This document shows positions 1 through 8,752 of a stretch of 64,000 nucleotides of DNA, piece after piece. Below the pieces are notes generated by a model. It worked only from the letters and a program-made list of their open reading frames with translations. It was not told the origin of the DNA and ran no database searches. The translations under genes were made by a program, and so were the position numbers. Within the stretch, counting starts at the first letter, position 1. Each line of letters begins with the position of its first letter. This DNA is from an uncultured delta proteobacterium. GTDB taxonomy: Bacteria > Desulfobacterota > Binatia > JACPRU01. The stretch lies in the NCBI GenBank assembly GCA_963745025.1, contig CAVUWD010000016.1:160001-224000 (forward strand), in the 5' to 3' direction.

Positions 1-2
1 CC

Positions 3-971
3 GCTCTCGCCCGCGATGGCGAAGTCGTCGCGCATCACCTGGCGCGGCACGCCGCCTTCGACCAGAATGGCTTTACCGCGCTGTCCACGGCGTTCCTCGA
101 GGATGGAGCGTTCGTCTTCGTGCCCGATGGAATCGAGCTCGAGGGACCGATCGAACTGGTGTTCGTCTCGAGCGGTGGCCGTGGCGAGGTGGTCGCGTAT
201 CCGCGCCTGCTCGTCGTCTGCGGCCGGCAAAGCCGCGCGGCGCTCGTCGAGCAGTACGTGGCCTCGGGAGACGGATCGACGCTGACGAACGCGGTCGGTG
301 AAGTCGTGCTCGGGGATGGCGCTCGCCTCGATCACGTGAGGATCGCCCGCGAAGGCGCGCGCGGCGCGCAAGTGGCAACGACGGAGGTCGTCCAGGGGCG
401 TGACAGCCGGTACCGATCTTCGGCGATCATGCTCGGTGCGGCGTTTCTGCGCCACACCCTGAACGTGACGCTCGGCGCCGAGGGTGCAGACTGCGTGCTC
501 GACGGCCTCTACCTGGCCGGAGGGGAAGATTTCGTCGACAATCACACGACCATCGACCATGCCGTGCCGCACGGCACGAGCCGGGAGCTCTACAAGGGTA
601 TCCTCGGCGGCAAGGCGAAGGCTGTATTCAACGGCAAGGTCATCGTCCGCGCGGACGCGCAGAAGTCGGACGCGCAGCAAACGAACAAGAATCTGCTGTT
701 GTCCGAGAGCGCCGAAATCGATACCAAGCCCGAGTTGCAGATCTTCGCCGACGACGTGAAATGCGCGCACGGCGCGGCCATCGGCCAGCTCGATCCCGAC
801 GCGCTCTTCTACCTGAAGAGCCGCGGAATCGGCGAGGCGACGGGCCGGCGCCTCCTGACCTATGGATTCGCCAACGAGGTGATCCAGCGGGTGCCGATCC
901 CGGAGCTCCGGCCGGTGCTCGAGCGTGCCTTCGTCGAGCGCCTCGAGCGGGATCTAGTGGGGGAGCGATGA
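3..971 (+). CDS. sufD: Fe-S cluster assembly protein SufD (5' truncated by window)
   Basis: Frame is open from the window start. Motifs VFNGKVIV, AQQTNKNLLLS, KPELQIFADDVKCAHGA, ALFYLKSRGI. Directly upstream of sufS. Confidence 0.95.
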   Translation, partial: ALARDGEVVAHHLARHAAFDQNGFTALSTAFLEDGAFVFVPDGIELEGPIELVFVSSGGRGEVVAYPRLLVVCGRQSRAALVEQYVASGDGSTLTNAVGEVVLGDGARLDHVRIAREGARGAQVATTEVVQGRDSRYRSSAIMLGAAFLRHTLNVTLGAEGADCVLDGLYLAGGEDFVDNHTTIDHAVPHGTSRELYKGILGGKAKAVFNGKVIVRADAQKSDAQQTNKNLLLSESAEIDTKPELQIFADDVKCAHGAAIGQLDPDALFYLKSRGIGEATGRRLLTYGFANEVIQRVPIPELRPVLERAFVERLERDLVGER

Positions 972-2230
972 GAGCCGTGCGTGGAACGAGCTCTGCGGTA
1001 GAGGCCGGAGCACGATTCGACGTCGAGCGAATCCGGCGAGATTTCCCGGTGCTGCAGCGCAAGGTGCACGGCAAGCCGCTCGTGTACCTCGACAATGCCG
1101 CGACCAGTCAAAAGCCGAAGGCGGTGATCGATACGCTGACGCGCTACTATTCCGAGTTCAACTCGAACATCCACCGCGGTATCCATCAACTGAGCGAAGA
1201 GGCCACGAGCGCATACGAGGACGCTCGCGCCAAGGTGAAGAGCTTCCTGAACGCGGCCGATGAGCGTGAGATCGTGTTCGTGCGCGGCACGACCGAGGCG
1301 ATCAACCTGGTCGCGCAGAGCTACGGCCGGGCGTTCGTCAAGCCCGGCGACGAGATCGTGATCACGGCGATGGAGCACCATTCGAACATCGTGCCGTGGC
1401 AGCTCCTCGGGGAGCAGACGGGCGCGCGGCTGCGCGTCGTGCCCATCAACGACGAAGGCGAGCTGCTGATCGACGAGCTCGAGCCGATGCTCACCGGCAA
1501 GACCCGGTTGATCGCCGTCGCTCACGTGTCGAACGCCCTCGGAACCGTCAATCCGGTCAAGCGGATCGCGAAGATCGCACACCGGCGCGGCATCCCCGTG
1601 CTCGTCGACGGAGCGCAAGCCGTGCCGCACATGAAGGTCGACGTCCAGGATCTCGACTGCGACTTCTACGCGTTCTCCGGCCACAAGATGTACGCGCCGA
1701 CCGGTATCGGCATCCTGTACGGCAAGTCCCGTTGGCTCGAGAAGATGCCGCCCTACCAGGGCGGCGGCAGCATGATCAGCCTGGTGACGTTCGAGAAGAC
1801 GCACTACAACGTGCCGCCTTACAGGTTCGAGGCGGGCACTCCCGACATCGCCGGCGGCATCGGCCTCGGTGCGGCGATCGACTATCTGAACGCCATCGAT
1901 CTCGAAGCGGCCGCCGCCTACGAGCAGGAAGTACTGGCCTATGGCACCGAGGTGCTCTCGGCGATCGAGGGACTGCGCCTAATCGGTCAGGCGAAGGCCA
2001 AGGCGAGCGTGCTCTCGTTCGTGCTCGAGGGCGTTCATCCGCACGACATCGGTACGATCCTCGATCGCGAGGGAGTGGCGATTCGTGCCGGCCATCACTG
2101 CGCGATGCCGGTCATGCAGCGCTTCGGCGTGCCGGCCACGGCGCGCGCATCCTTGGCCTTTTACAACACGAAGCAGGAAATGGACGCGCTCGGTCGCTCC
2201 ATCCGCAGGGTGAGAGAGGTGTTCTGCTGA
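968..2230 (+). CDS. sufS: Cysteine desulfurase SufS
   Basis: YLDNAATSQKP, SGHK PLP motif, RAGHHCA (group II). ATGA overlap with sufD. Confidence 0.96.
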   Translation: MRAVRGTSSAVEAGARFDVERIRRDFPVLQRKVHGKPLVYLDNAATSQKPKAVIDTLTRYYSEFNSNIHRGIHQLSEEATSAYEDARAKVKSFLNAADEREIVFVRGTTEAINLVAQSYGRAFVKPGDEIVITAMEHHSNIVPWQLLGEQTGARLRVVPINDEGELLIDELEPMLTGKTRLIAVAHVSNALGTVNPVKRIAKIAHRRGIPVLVDGAQAVPHMKVDVQDLDCDFYAFSGHKMYAPTGIGILYGKSRWLEKMPPYQGGGSMISLVTFEKTHYNVPPYRFEAGTPDIAGGIGLGAAIDYLNAIDLEAAAAYEQEVLAYGTEVLSAIEGLRLIGQAKAKASVLSFVLEGVHPHDIGTILDREGVAIRAGHHCAMPVMQRFGVPATARASLAFYNTKQEMDALGRSIRRVREVFC

Positions 2231-2676
2231 TGTCGGAGCTCACGGATCTCTACCAAGAGGTCATCCTCGACCACAACAAGAGGCCGCGCAACTACCAGAG
2301 ACTCGCGGACGCGAACCGTACCGCCGAGGGCTTCAATCCGCTCTGCGGCGACCAGCTCCAGCTCTACGTGAAGGTCGAGGGCGGCGTGATCCGCGACATC
2401 GGTTTCCAGGGGTCGGGCTGCGCGATCTCGAAGGCGTCCGCTTCGCTGATGACGTCGATGCTGAAGGGCAAGACGTGCGCCGAGGCCGACGAGCTCTTCG
2501 AGCGCTTCCATCGCTTGGTGGCGAGCGACGCGGTGGCGGATCCTGCGGAGCTCGGCAAGCTCAACGTCTTTTCGGGAGTCCGCGAGTTCCCCGCGCGCGT
2601 CAAGTGTGCCAGCCTCCCTTGGCACACGCTCCGCGCCGCGCTCGAGGAGAAAGCCGATCCCGTCACCACGGAATGA
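2230..2676 (+). CDS. sufU: SUF system NifU-family sulfur-transfer protein SufU
   Basis: LYQEVILDH, NPLCGD, GSGCAISKAS, RVKCA. Confidence 0.95.
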   Translation: MSELTDLYQEVILDHNKRPRNYQRLADANRTAEGFNPLCGDQLQLYVKVEGGVIRDIGFQGSGCAISKASASLMTSMLKGKTCAEADELFERFHRLVASDAVADPAELGKLNVFSGVREFPARVKCASLPWHTLRAALEEKADPVTTE

Positions 2677-2686
2677 GGATAGAGTC

Positions 2687-3244
2687 ATGTCACCGCACGA
2701 ATCGATCACGCTCAGCCGCGATTGCGAGGCGATTCAAATCCCGAGCGGCGCCAAGATGGTGCTGCCGGCCGGGACGATGGTGATGATCACGCAGTCGCTC
2801 GGCGACACCTACACGGTCACCACGGATCACGGCTACATGGTGCGGATCTCCGGCAAGGACGCCGACGCGATGGGCCTCGAGCGCGCGCCCGCGGCGCCGG
2901 TCGCCGCGACCGGGGCTCCGCAGGGAGCGGGAGACCTCGAGAAGCTCGTGTGGGAGCAGCTTCGCACCTGCTACGACCCGGAGATCCCCGTCAACATCGT
3001 CGACCTAGGCCTGATCTACGAGTGCACGGTCACGGCGCTCGAGGGCGGCGGTCACCGCGCGGAGGTCAAGCTCACGCTGACCGCGCCGGGCTGCGGCATG
3101 GGCGGCGTGCTCGCCGCGGACGCGCAGGCCAAGATCGGCGGGATCGCCGGCATCCGCGAGGCCAACGTCGAGGTCGTCTTCGAGCCGCCGTGGAATCCCG
3201 GCATGATGTCGGAAGCGGCGCGTCTCGAGCTCGGGATGATGTGA
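2687..3244 (+). CDS. sufT: Fe-S cluster assembly protein SufT (DUF59 with N-terminal extension)
   Basis: YDPEIPVNIVDLGLIY, TLTAPGCGMG, PPWNP..MSEAARLELG. Confidence 0.93.
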   Translation: MSPHESITLSRDCEAIQIPSGAKMVLPAGTMVMITQSLGDTYTVTTDHGYMVRISGKDADAMGLERAPAAPVAATGAPQGAGDLEKLVWEQLRTCYDPEIPVNIVDLGLIYECTVTALEGGGHRAEVKLTLTAPGCGMGGVLAADAQAKIGGIAGIREANVEVVFEPPWNPGMMSEAARLELGMM

Positions 3245-3247
3245 AAC

Positions 3248-3328
3248 GACGGCTATCGGCCACCGGCTTCCGGCTACCGATAACGACACCGGGGATTCTG
3301 TTGCGGTAGCCGGTAGTCGGTAGCCGTC
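3248..3328. repeat. Heptamer tandem-repeat palindrome (CGGCTAC)n...(GTAGCCG)n, copy 1; possible bidirectional terminator
   Basis: Left units cggctat cggccac cggcttc cggctac; right units gtagccg gtagtcg gtagccg. Lies between convergent sufT and MATE. Confidence 0.75.
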
Positions 3329-4660
3329 TTACTCGCGCCCCAGTAAAGCCCTGAGCCGCACGTACAGAATCGCGCTCGAGGCGACGTTGCCCGTCGCCAT
3401 GGCGAGAAAGATCGACCATACCGGCGCGCCGAGCGCCGCCAGACAAACGGCCGCGGTGACCACGATCGCGGTACGGGCCGCGACCAGTACCAGCGGAAAC
3501 ACCGCCCGTCCGAGCCCCTGGAACGTGAACGAGCAGGCCATCGACATGCCGAGAAAGGGATAGCTCGGCGCGAGGATCCGCAGGTAGATTCCGCCGGTCG
3601 CCAAGATCTCCGGCTCGCGGGTGAAGATCGCGAGCCAGAGCGCCGGCTTCCAGATCAGCAAGACCGACAACAGTGACAGCATGACGGTGACGAGCGCGAC
3701 GGCGCGCGAGACGAGCGCCGCCACGCGACGAAGATCGCCGGCGCCGGCGGCCAAGCCGACGAGTGTCAGCACCGCCGAGCCGACGCCGAAGGCGAGCGTG
3801 ATGATGAGGAAGTCGAGCCGCGTGCCGAGCCCGAAAGCGGCGATCTCATGGGTGCCGTAACGAGCGACGATGGCGGTGAGGAGTAACAGTCCGAGGTAAT
3901 TCGCGAGCGTCGCCAGCGAAGCCGGGATGCCGACGCGAAGGATGTCGCGCATCGGACGGGCAGAGAGCGGACGGGGAAAGAGGCTGGGTCGCACGATGCC
4001 TTGTCCGCCGAACACGAAGTACGCGCGCGGCAGCAACCCGACGAGCTGCCCGATGATCGTGGCCGCCGCCGCACCGGCCAGCCCGAGGCCGAATGAAAAC
4101 ATGAACAGCGGCACGAGCAGGATCTGCAGCGAGAGCGAGACGGTTGCACAGAGCGACGCCACTCGTACGTTGCCCTCGCCGCGCAGAATGCTGTCGAAGG
4201 TCGACACGGCGAAGCTGACGAGCACGCCGCTGAAGAGAACGCGCGCGAAGAGGATCGCGCCGTCGAGGACGGCGCCCGTCCCGCCCATCCAGCGAAACAG
4301 GATCGGCGCACCGCCGACGAAGAGCAGCGTGAGCACTGCCGAGAGGGCTCCGGTGAGCACGAACGCGTGCTCTGCGACTCGCTCGGCATCGCGCCCACGG
4401 CCGCCGCCGAGCGCCTGCGCGACCGCTGCGGAGACCCCGGCTCCGACGCCTCCTCCCATCATCGTCAGGACGATCAGGTGGACCGGGAAGACGAGCGAGA
4501 GCGCGGCAATCGCATCGGCGCCGAGACGCGAGACGAAGTAGGTATTCACCACGCCGGAGGTCGCGCCGAGCACCATCACCGCGGTGGTCGGTACGGCGAG
4601 GGCGGAGATCGCTCGCAGCGGCGGCAGCGTCAAGAGGCGCTCGGCGCGGCTCGACACCAC
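3329..4660 (-). CDS. MATE family efflux transporter
   Basis: About 12 hydrophobic segments; FVSRLGADAIAA, ILRGEG, FGLGLAGAAAAT, ILRVGIP. Start placed at GTG 4660; the rest of the 1137-aa ORF is an antisense shadow. Confidence 0.9.
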   Translation of the reverse strand: MVSSRAERLLTLPPLRAISALAVPTTAVMVLGATSGVVNTYFVSRLGADAIAALSLVFPVHLIVLTMMGGGVGAGVSAAVAQALGGGRGRDAERVAEHAFVLTGALSAVLTLLFVGGAPILFRWMGGTGAVLDGAILFARVLFSGVLVSFAVSTFDSILRGEGNVRVASLCATVSLSLQILLVPLFMFSFGLGLAGAAAATIIGQLVGLLPRAYFVFGGQGIVRPSLFPRPLSARPMRDILRVGIPASLATLANYLGLLLLTAIVARYGTHEIAAFGLGTRLDFLIITLAFGVGSAVLTLVGLAAGAGDLRRVAALVSRAVALVTVMLSLLSVLLIWKPALWLAIFTREPEILATGGIYLRILAPSYPFLGMSMACSFTFQGLGRAVFPLVLVAARTAIVVTAAVCLAALGAPVWSIFLAMATGNVASSAILYVRLRALLGRE

Positions 4661-4668
4661 GTTGCGGG

Positions 4669-4788
4669 TCAGGCGCCGAAGCTGCGCAGCTGCAGCCGCA
4701 GAAGCGAATCGAACGCGCGGTCCGGCAGCAGCCACTTGAGGCCGAGGAGAATGATCAACACGGATTTCGAGATCGCTGGGGCCGGCAT
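4669..4788 (-). CDS. Small 39-aa ORF (MPAPAISKSVLIILLGLKWLLPDRAFDSLLRLQLRSFGA)
   Basis: ATG preceded by GAGGA; stop 8 bp before the MATE start. Below the ORF-track cutoff. Confidence 0.4.
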   Translation of the reverse strand: MPAPAISKSVLIILLGLKWLLPDRAFDSLLRLQLRSFGA

Positions 4789-4939
4789 GAGAGTTTCCTC
4801 GCTGGCGATGGGGGCCGATCAATACAGTTACCGCACGTCCACGCAAGCGTCCGCGGGGGGATGCCTGCGGCGAGGGCGGGTTCATGATATGGTGCGTCAT
4901 TCCGCGGCACGATCGAGGCCCGCGCCGAGGAGGTGAACG

Positions 4940-6658
4940 ATGGCGAAGGACTTTTTCCATCCGGACATGGAGCGGTTCATCGATCATCGGTTCGACTGGG
5001 AGCGCTACCTTCGGCTGTCGGGCCGGGTGGGCAGCGTGGCCGACGAGGTCGACGCCTTCAAGATGATCCTGCGCACCGTCGGCGAGATCTGCGAGGACAT
5101 CGACGCCGATGCTCGCGATCACTGGCACGAGGAGGCGCGGCTCGCGCACGGAACCGTGGTGGTGCCCCCGCACATCGCGCAAGCCTATGAGAAGCTCCGC
5201 TCGGCCGGGCTCGTCTGCCTGACGCTCGATGCGGAGTACGGCGGTCAGAGCCTCGGCGTTCTGCTGAACTGCTTCTACCTCGAGATGGTCGCGCGCGCCG
5301 ATGCGAGCCTGATGACCATCGTCGGTCTGCAGACCGGGGTCGCGCACGACATCCAGCACTTCGGCTCCGCGGAGATCAAGGAGCGCTACCTGCCGCGCTT
5401 CGCCTCCGGAGAGCTCCAGGGCGCCATGGATCTCACCGAGCCGCAGGCGGGATCCGACCTCGGGGCCATTCGTACACGCGCGACCGAGGAGAACGGCCGC
5501 TACTTCGTCGACGGCGAGAAGATCTTCATCACCAACGGCGGCGCGCCGGTTCACCTCGTGCTCGCGCGCGACGCCGCCTCCTTCGAGCAGTCGAAGGGAA
5601 CGACCAGCGGCCTGTCGCTCCTTCTCTGTCCGACGACGCTCCCCGACGGCACGCCGAATCGGATCCACGTCACGCGCATCGAGACCAAGCTCGGGATTCA
5701 CGGAGCGCCGACGTGCGTGGTCGAGTTCGATCACGCCGAGGGCGTTCTGCTCGGAAGCGCGGGCGCCGGGTTTCACGCCATGCTCGAGCTCATGAACAAC
5801 GCGCGCCTCGGCGTCGCAGCGCAGGGGATCGGCATCGCGGAGGCCGCGTATCGCCAGGCCCGCGAGTATGCGGCCGCGCGCGTGCAGTTCGGCGCGCCGA
5901 TCGAGCAGCAACCGCTCGTCAAGTCGATGCTGGCGGCGATGGCGATCCACATCGCCGCGGCGCGCGCCTTGGTCTATCGAACTTGCGCGCTCATGGATCA
6001 GACCGAGGCGTTGCGGCGCCATCTTCGCAGCGAGGCCGGAGTGAAGGATCCCGAGCGACCGCGTCTCGCGAACGAGGTCGAGCAGAACACGCAGCTCGTC
6101 CGCTTCTTCACGCCGCTGTGCAAGTACTACGCGACCGAGATCTCGAGCCACGTGACCCGTCAAGCGATCCAGGTGCACGGGGGCATCGGCTACATGGCCG
6201 AGTCTCGCGTTGCCCACTGTCACTCGGACTCGATCATCACCACGATCTACGAAGGCACCTCCGAGATCCAGGCGAGCTTCGCGCTGAAGGAGATGAGCAA
6301 GGGGGCGCTGTTCGCGGCGCTCGACTCGGTTCATGGCGATCTCGACAAGCGGCGCGCGAGCTTCCCCGAGCTGGTCGACCTCGTCTGCAAGGGGATCGAT
6401 TGGATCCAGCAATCGGTTCCGGCGTTGATGGGCGACCCGCAGTATGCGCTGCTCAACGCCAAACGCGTGTGCGAGATGGTCATCGACGTCGTCGTCGCCG
6501 CCGAGTTGCTGCTTCAGGCCGAGGTCTCCGAGCAGCGACACGCGCTCGCCACGGCTTTCATCCGCCGTCAGATGTTGGCGGTCGAGCTCAACGCGCGCCG
6601 CATCTCGACGGGAGACGCGACCCGGATCCGCAACTACGATCGGATTCTCGGGCTTTGA
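4940..6658 (+). CDS. Acyl-CoA dehydrogenase family protein
   Basis: AMDLTEPQAGSD, GEKIFITNG, KLGIHG, QVHGGIGY, TIYEGTSEIQ. SD GGAGGT upstream. Confidence 0.95.
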   Translation: MAKDFFHPDMERFIDHRFDWERYLRLSGRVGSVADEVDAFKMILRTVGEICEDIDADARDHWHEEARLAHGTVVVPPHIAQAYEKLRSAGLVCLTLDAEYGGQSLGVLLNCFYLEMVARADASLMTIVGLQTGVAHDIQHFGSAEIKERYLPRFASGELQGAMDLTEPQAGSDLGAIRTRATEENGRYFVDGEKIFITNGGAPVHLVLARDAASFEQSKGTTSGLSLLLCPTTLPDGTPNRIHVTRIETKLGIHGAPTCVVEFDHAEGVLLGSAGAGFHAMLELMNNARLGVAAQGIGIAEAAYRQAREYAAARVQFGAPIEQQPLVKSMLAAMAIHIAAARALVYRTCALMDQTEALRRHLRSEAGVKDPERPRLANEVEQNTQLVRFFTPLCKYYATEISSHVTRQAIQVHGGIGYMAESRVAHCHSDSIITTIYEGTSEIQASFALKEMSKGALFAALDSVHGDLDKRRASFPELVDLVCKGIDWIQQSVPALMGDPQYALLNAKRVCEMVIDVVVAAELLLQAEVSEQRHALATAFIRRQMLAVELNARRISTGDATRIRNYDRILGL

Positions 6659-6669
6659 AGACGGCGACG

Positions 6670-7401
6670 ATGCGCGGAACGCTCTACGCCGGTACTTCGG
6701 GCTTCGCTTACAAGACGTGGAAGCCCGGTTTCTATCCGCCACGGCTCAAGAATCGCGACATGCTGCGCTACTACGCCGAGCGCCTTCCGTCGGTCGAGAT
6801 CAACAACACGTTCTATCGGATGCCGAGCGAGAAACTGCTCGCCGGCTGGCGCGATGAGACGGCCGAGAGCTTCGTGTTCACGCTCAAGGCTCCGCGACGG
6901 ATCACCCACATCGCGAGGCTGCGCGACGTCGCCGACCCCCTCGGCTATTTCCTGCAGAGCGCGCGCTCGCTCGGCCGGCGCCTTGGCTGCATCTTCTTTC
7001 AGTGCCCTCCATATCTTCGCTACGACGCAGCTCTGCTCGACAGCTTCCTCGCCGCGCTCCCCGACGACGGCCTGCGCTTCGCCATGGAGTTCCGCCATGC
7101 GAGCTGGGGCGATGGAGAGGCGCGCGCCAAGCTGGCGGCGCGGTCGATCGCTTGGTGTACGGTTGACGCGGAGGACGGCGCGCCCCGCGTGGAGCAAACG
7201 GCGCGCGATTTCGTCTATCTTCGGTTACGCAAGCCCGCCTACGACGAAGCCTCGCTCGCTTCGTGGGCCGACCACCTCGATGCGGTCCTCGATCACGGCG
7301 TCGATGTCTACGTCTATTTCAAGCACGAGGACGATCCGGCCGGCATCGAATATGCCCGCATCCTGCTCCGCCGCCTCGTGGTAGGATGGCAGGCACCATG
7401 A
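6670..7401 (+). CDS. DUF72 domain protein
   Basis: YAGTSGFAYKTW, VEINNTFYRMP, FTLKAPRRITH, FQCPP, MEFRH, YLRLR. Confidence 0.9.
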   Translation: MRGTLYAGTSGFAYKTWKPGFYPPRLKNRDMLRYYAERLPSVEINNTFYRMPSEKLLAGWRDETAESFVFTLKAPRRITHIARLRDVADPLGYFLQSARSLGRRLGCIFFQCPPYLRYDAALLDSFLAALPDDGLRFAMEFRHASWGDGEARAKLAARSIAWCTVDAEDGAPRVEQTARDFVYLRLRKPAYDEASLASWADHLDAVLDHGVDVYVYFKHEDDPAGIEYARILLRRLVVGWQAP

Positions 7402-8573
7402 AGTGGTCCTCCACCGTCTCGACCGAGCCCGACCTCGAGGATGCGATCGTAGAAGCGGTCTCGCGTGTCCGGCAGGTTCTCGGTCAGCCGCCAGACCTGG
7501 CGGCCGTGTTCGTCTCGGAGCACCACCGTAGCGGCTACGATGCATTACCCGGGGAGCTTGTCAGGCGCCTGGGCGCGCGGGTGGTCATCGGCTGCTCCGC
7601 GGGCGGCGTGATCGGCGGCGGACGGGAGGTCGAGCAGAAGCCCGGCGTGTCGCTCACGGCAGCGGTTCTGCCGGGTGTGGAGCTTGCGGGCTTTCACGTT
7701 GCGGATGTCGAAGAGCTCACCCAGCCGGCATGGCGGCGACAACTCGATCAGCTGAGCACCGCGCCAGATTTCTTGCTCCTCGCCGATCCCTTCACGTTCG
7801 ACGTCGAGACGCTCATCCGCGGCCTCGACGCAGGGTTTCCGGCCAGCGCGAAGGTGGGTGGGCTCGCCAGCGGCGGGCACCAGCCCGGCGAGAACGTGCT
7901 TTACCTGAGCGGCAAAGCGCACCGTGCCGGGTGTGTAGGCGTGGCGCTTGCGGGCGACGTCCGCGTCGACACGCTGGTCGCGCAGGGCTGTCGACCGATC
8001 GGCGAGCCGATGTTCGTGACGCGCCGTCAGGGTAACGTGATCTTCGGCCTCGACGGCCGGACGCCTCTCGAGGTGCTGCAGGGGATCTATGCAGGGCTCG
8101 ATCGACGAGACCAGGAACGCTTCCGGCACTCGCTCTTCGTCGGGCTCGTGATGCGCGAGAAGAGCGAGGTCTATCGGCAGGGGGATTTCCTGATCCGCAA
8201 CATCGTCGGCCTCGATGCCGAGCGGGGGACGCTCGCGGTCGGTGCGGTTGTGAGCGAGAGCACGATCGTGCAGTTCCATCTGCGCGACGCCGCGACCTCG
8301 GCGGCAGACCTCGAGGACATCCTCTCTCAGCTGGCTCCCGAGCAGCGCAGCGCGACGCGTGGCTCGCTGCTGTTCTCCTGCCTCGGGCGGGGCCGGCATC
8401 TCTACGGGCGCGCCGACCACGATACCGACGCGTTCCGACGCCACCTGGGCGACGTACCGCTCGGCGGTTTTTTCTGCAACGGAGAGATCGGACCCGTGCA
8501 CGGCACCACGTTCCTGCACGGCTACACGAGCTCGTTCGGACTGTTTCGGTCCCGGGACCGCGGATCGCGCTGA
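7398..8573 (+). CDS. FIST signal-transduction domain protein
   Basis: IGCSAGGVIG, LLLADPF, GGLASGG, VAQGCRPIG, LLFSCLGRG, GFFCNGEIGP, LHGYT. Confidence 0.92.
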   Translation: MKWSSTVSTEPDLEDAIVEAVSRVRQVLGQPPDLAAVFVSEHHRSGYDALPGELVRRLGARVVIGCSAGGVIGGGREVEQKPGVSLTAAVLPGVELAGFHVADVEELTQPAWRRQLDQLSTAPDFLLLADPFTFDVETLIRGLDAGFPASAKVGGLASGGHQPGENVLYLSGKAHRAGCVGVALAGDVRVDTLVAQGCRPIGEPMFVTRRQGNVIFGLDGRTPLEVLQGIYAGLDRRDQERFRHSLFVGLVMREKSEVYRQGDFLIRNIVGLDAERGTLAVGAVVSESTIVQFHLRDAATSAADLEDILSQLAPEQRSATRGSLLFSCLGRGRHLYGRADHDTDAFRRHLGDVPLGGFFCNGEIGPVHGTTFLHGYTSSFGLFRSRDRGSR

Positions 8574-8600
8574 AGAGCGGATTCGGGCGACAGGTAAAGG

Positions 8601-8666
8601 GACGGCTACCGGCTACCGCAAGAGACTTCGCGAAGTCTTTGCCGGAAGCCGGAAGCAGAAAGCCGT
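8601..8666. repeat. Heptamer tandem-repeat palindrome, copy 2
   Basis: gacggctaccggctacc ... ggaagccggaagcagaaagccgt around a perfect 16-bp palindrome agacttcgcgaagtct (8623-8638). Confidence 0.7.
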
Positions 8667-8703
8667 TCTGTTGCCCGAAGCCCACAAATGCCGCCCAAAG
8701 GGA

Positions 8704-8752
8704 TTGACTGGCACCGAGGCAAGGGCTAATAACCAATTGAAAATGAATTTCA
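8704..8752 (+). promoter_or_regulatory. Sigma70-like promoter plus Fur-like box
   Basis: TTGACT(8704)-17bp-TAATAA. TGAAAATGAATTTCA (8738-8752) matches the 7-1-7 Fur consensus TGATAATnATTATCA at 11/14 positions and lies ahead of an iron permease. Confidence 0.75.

Noticed and set aside
4789-6742. 1137-aa ORF suggesting a giant MATE fusion
   Set aside because: The upstream part is the antisense shadow of the acyl-CoA dehydrogenase in high-GC DNA.
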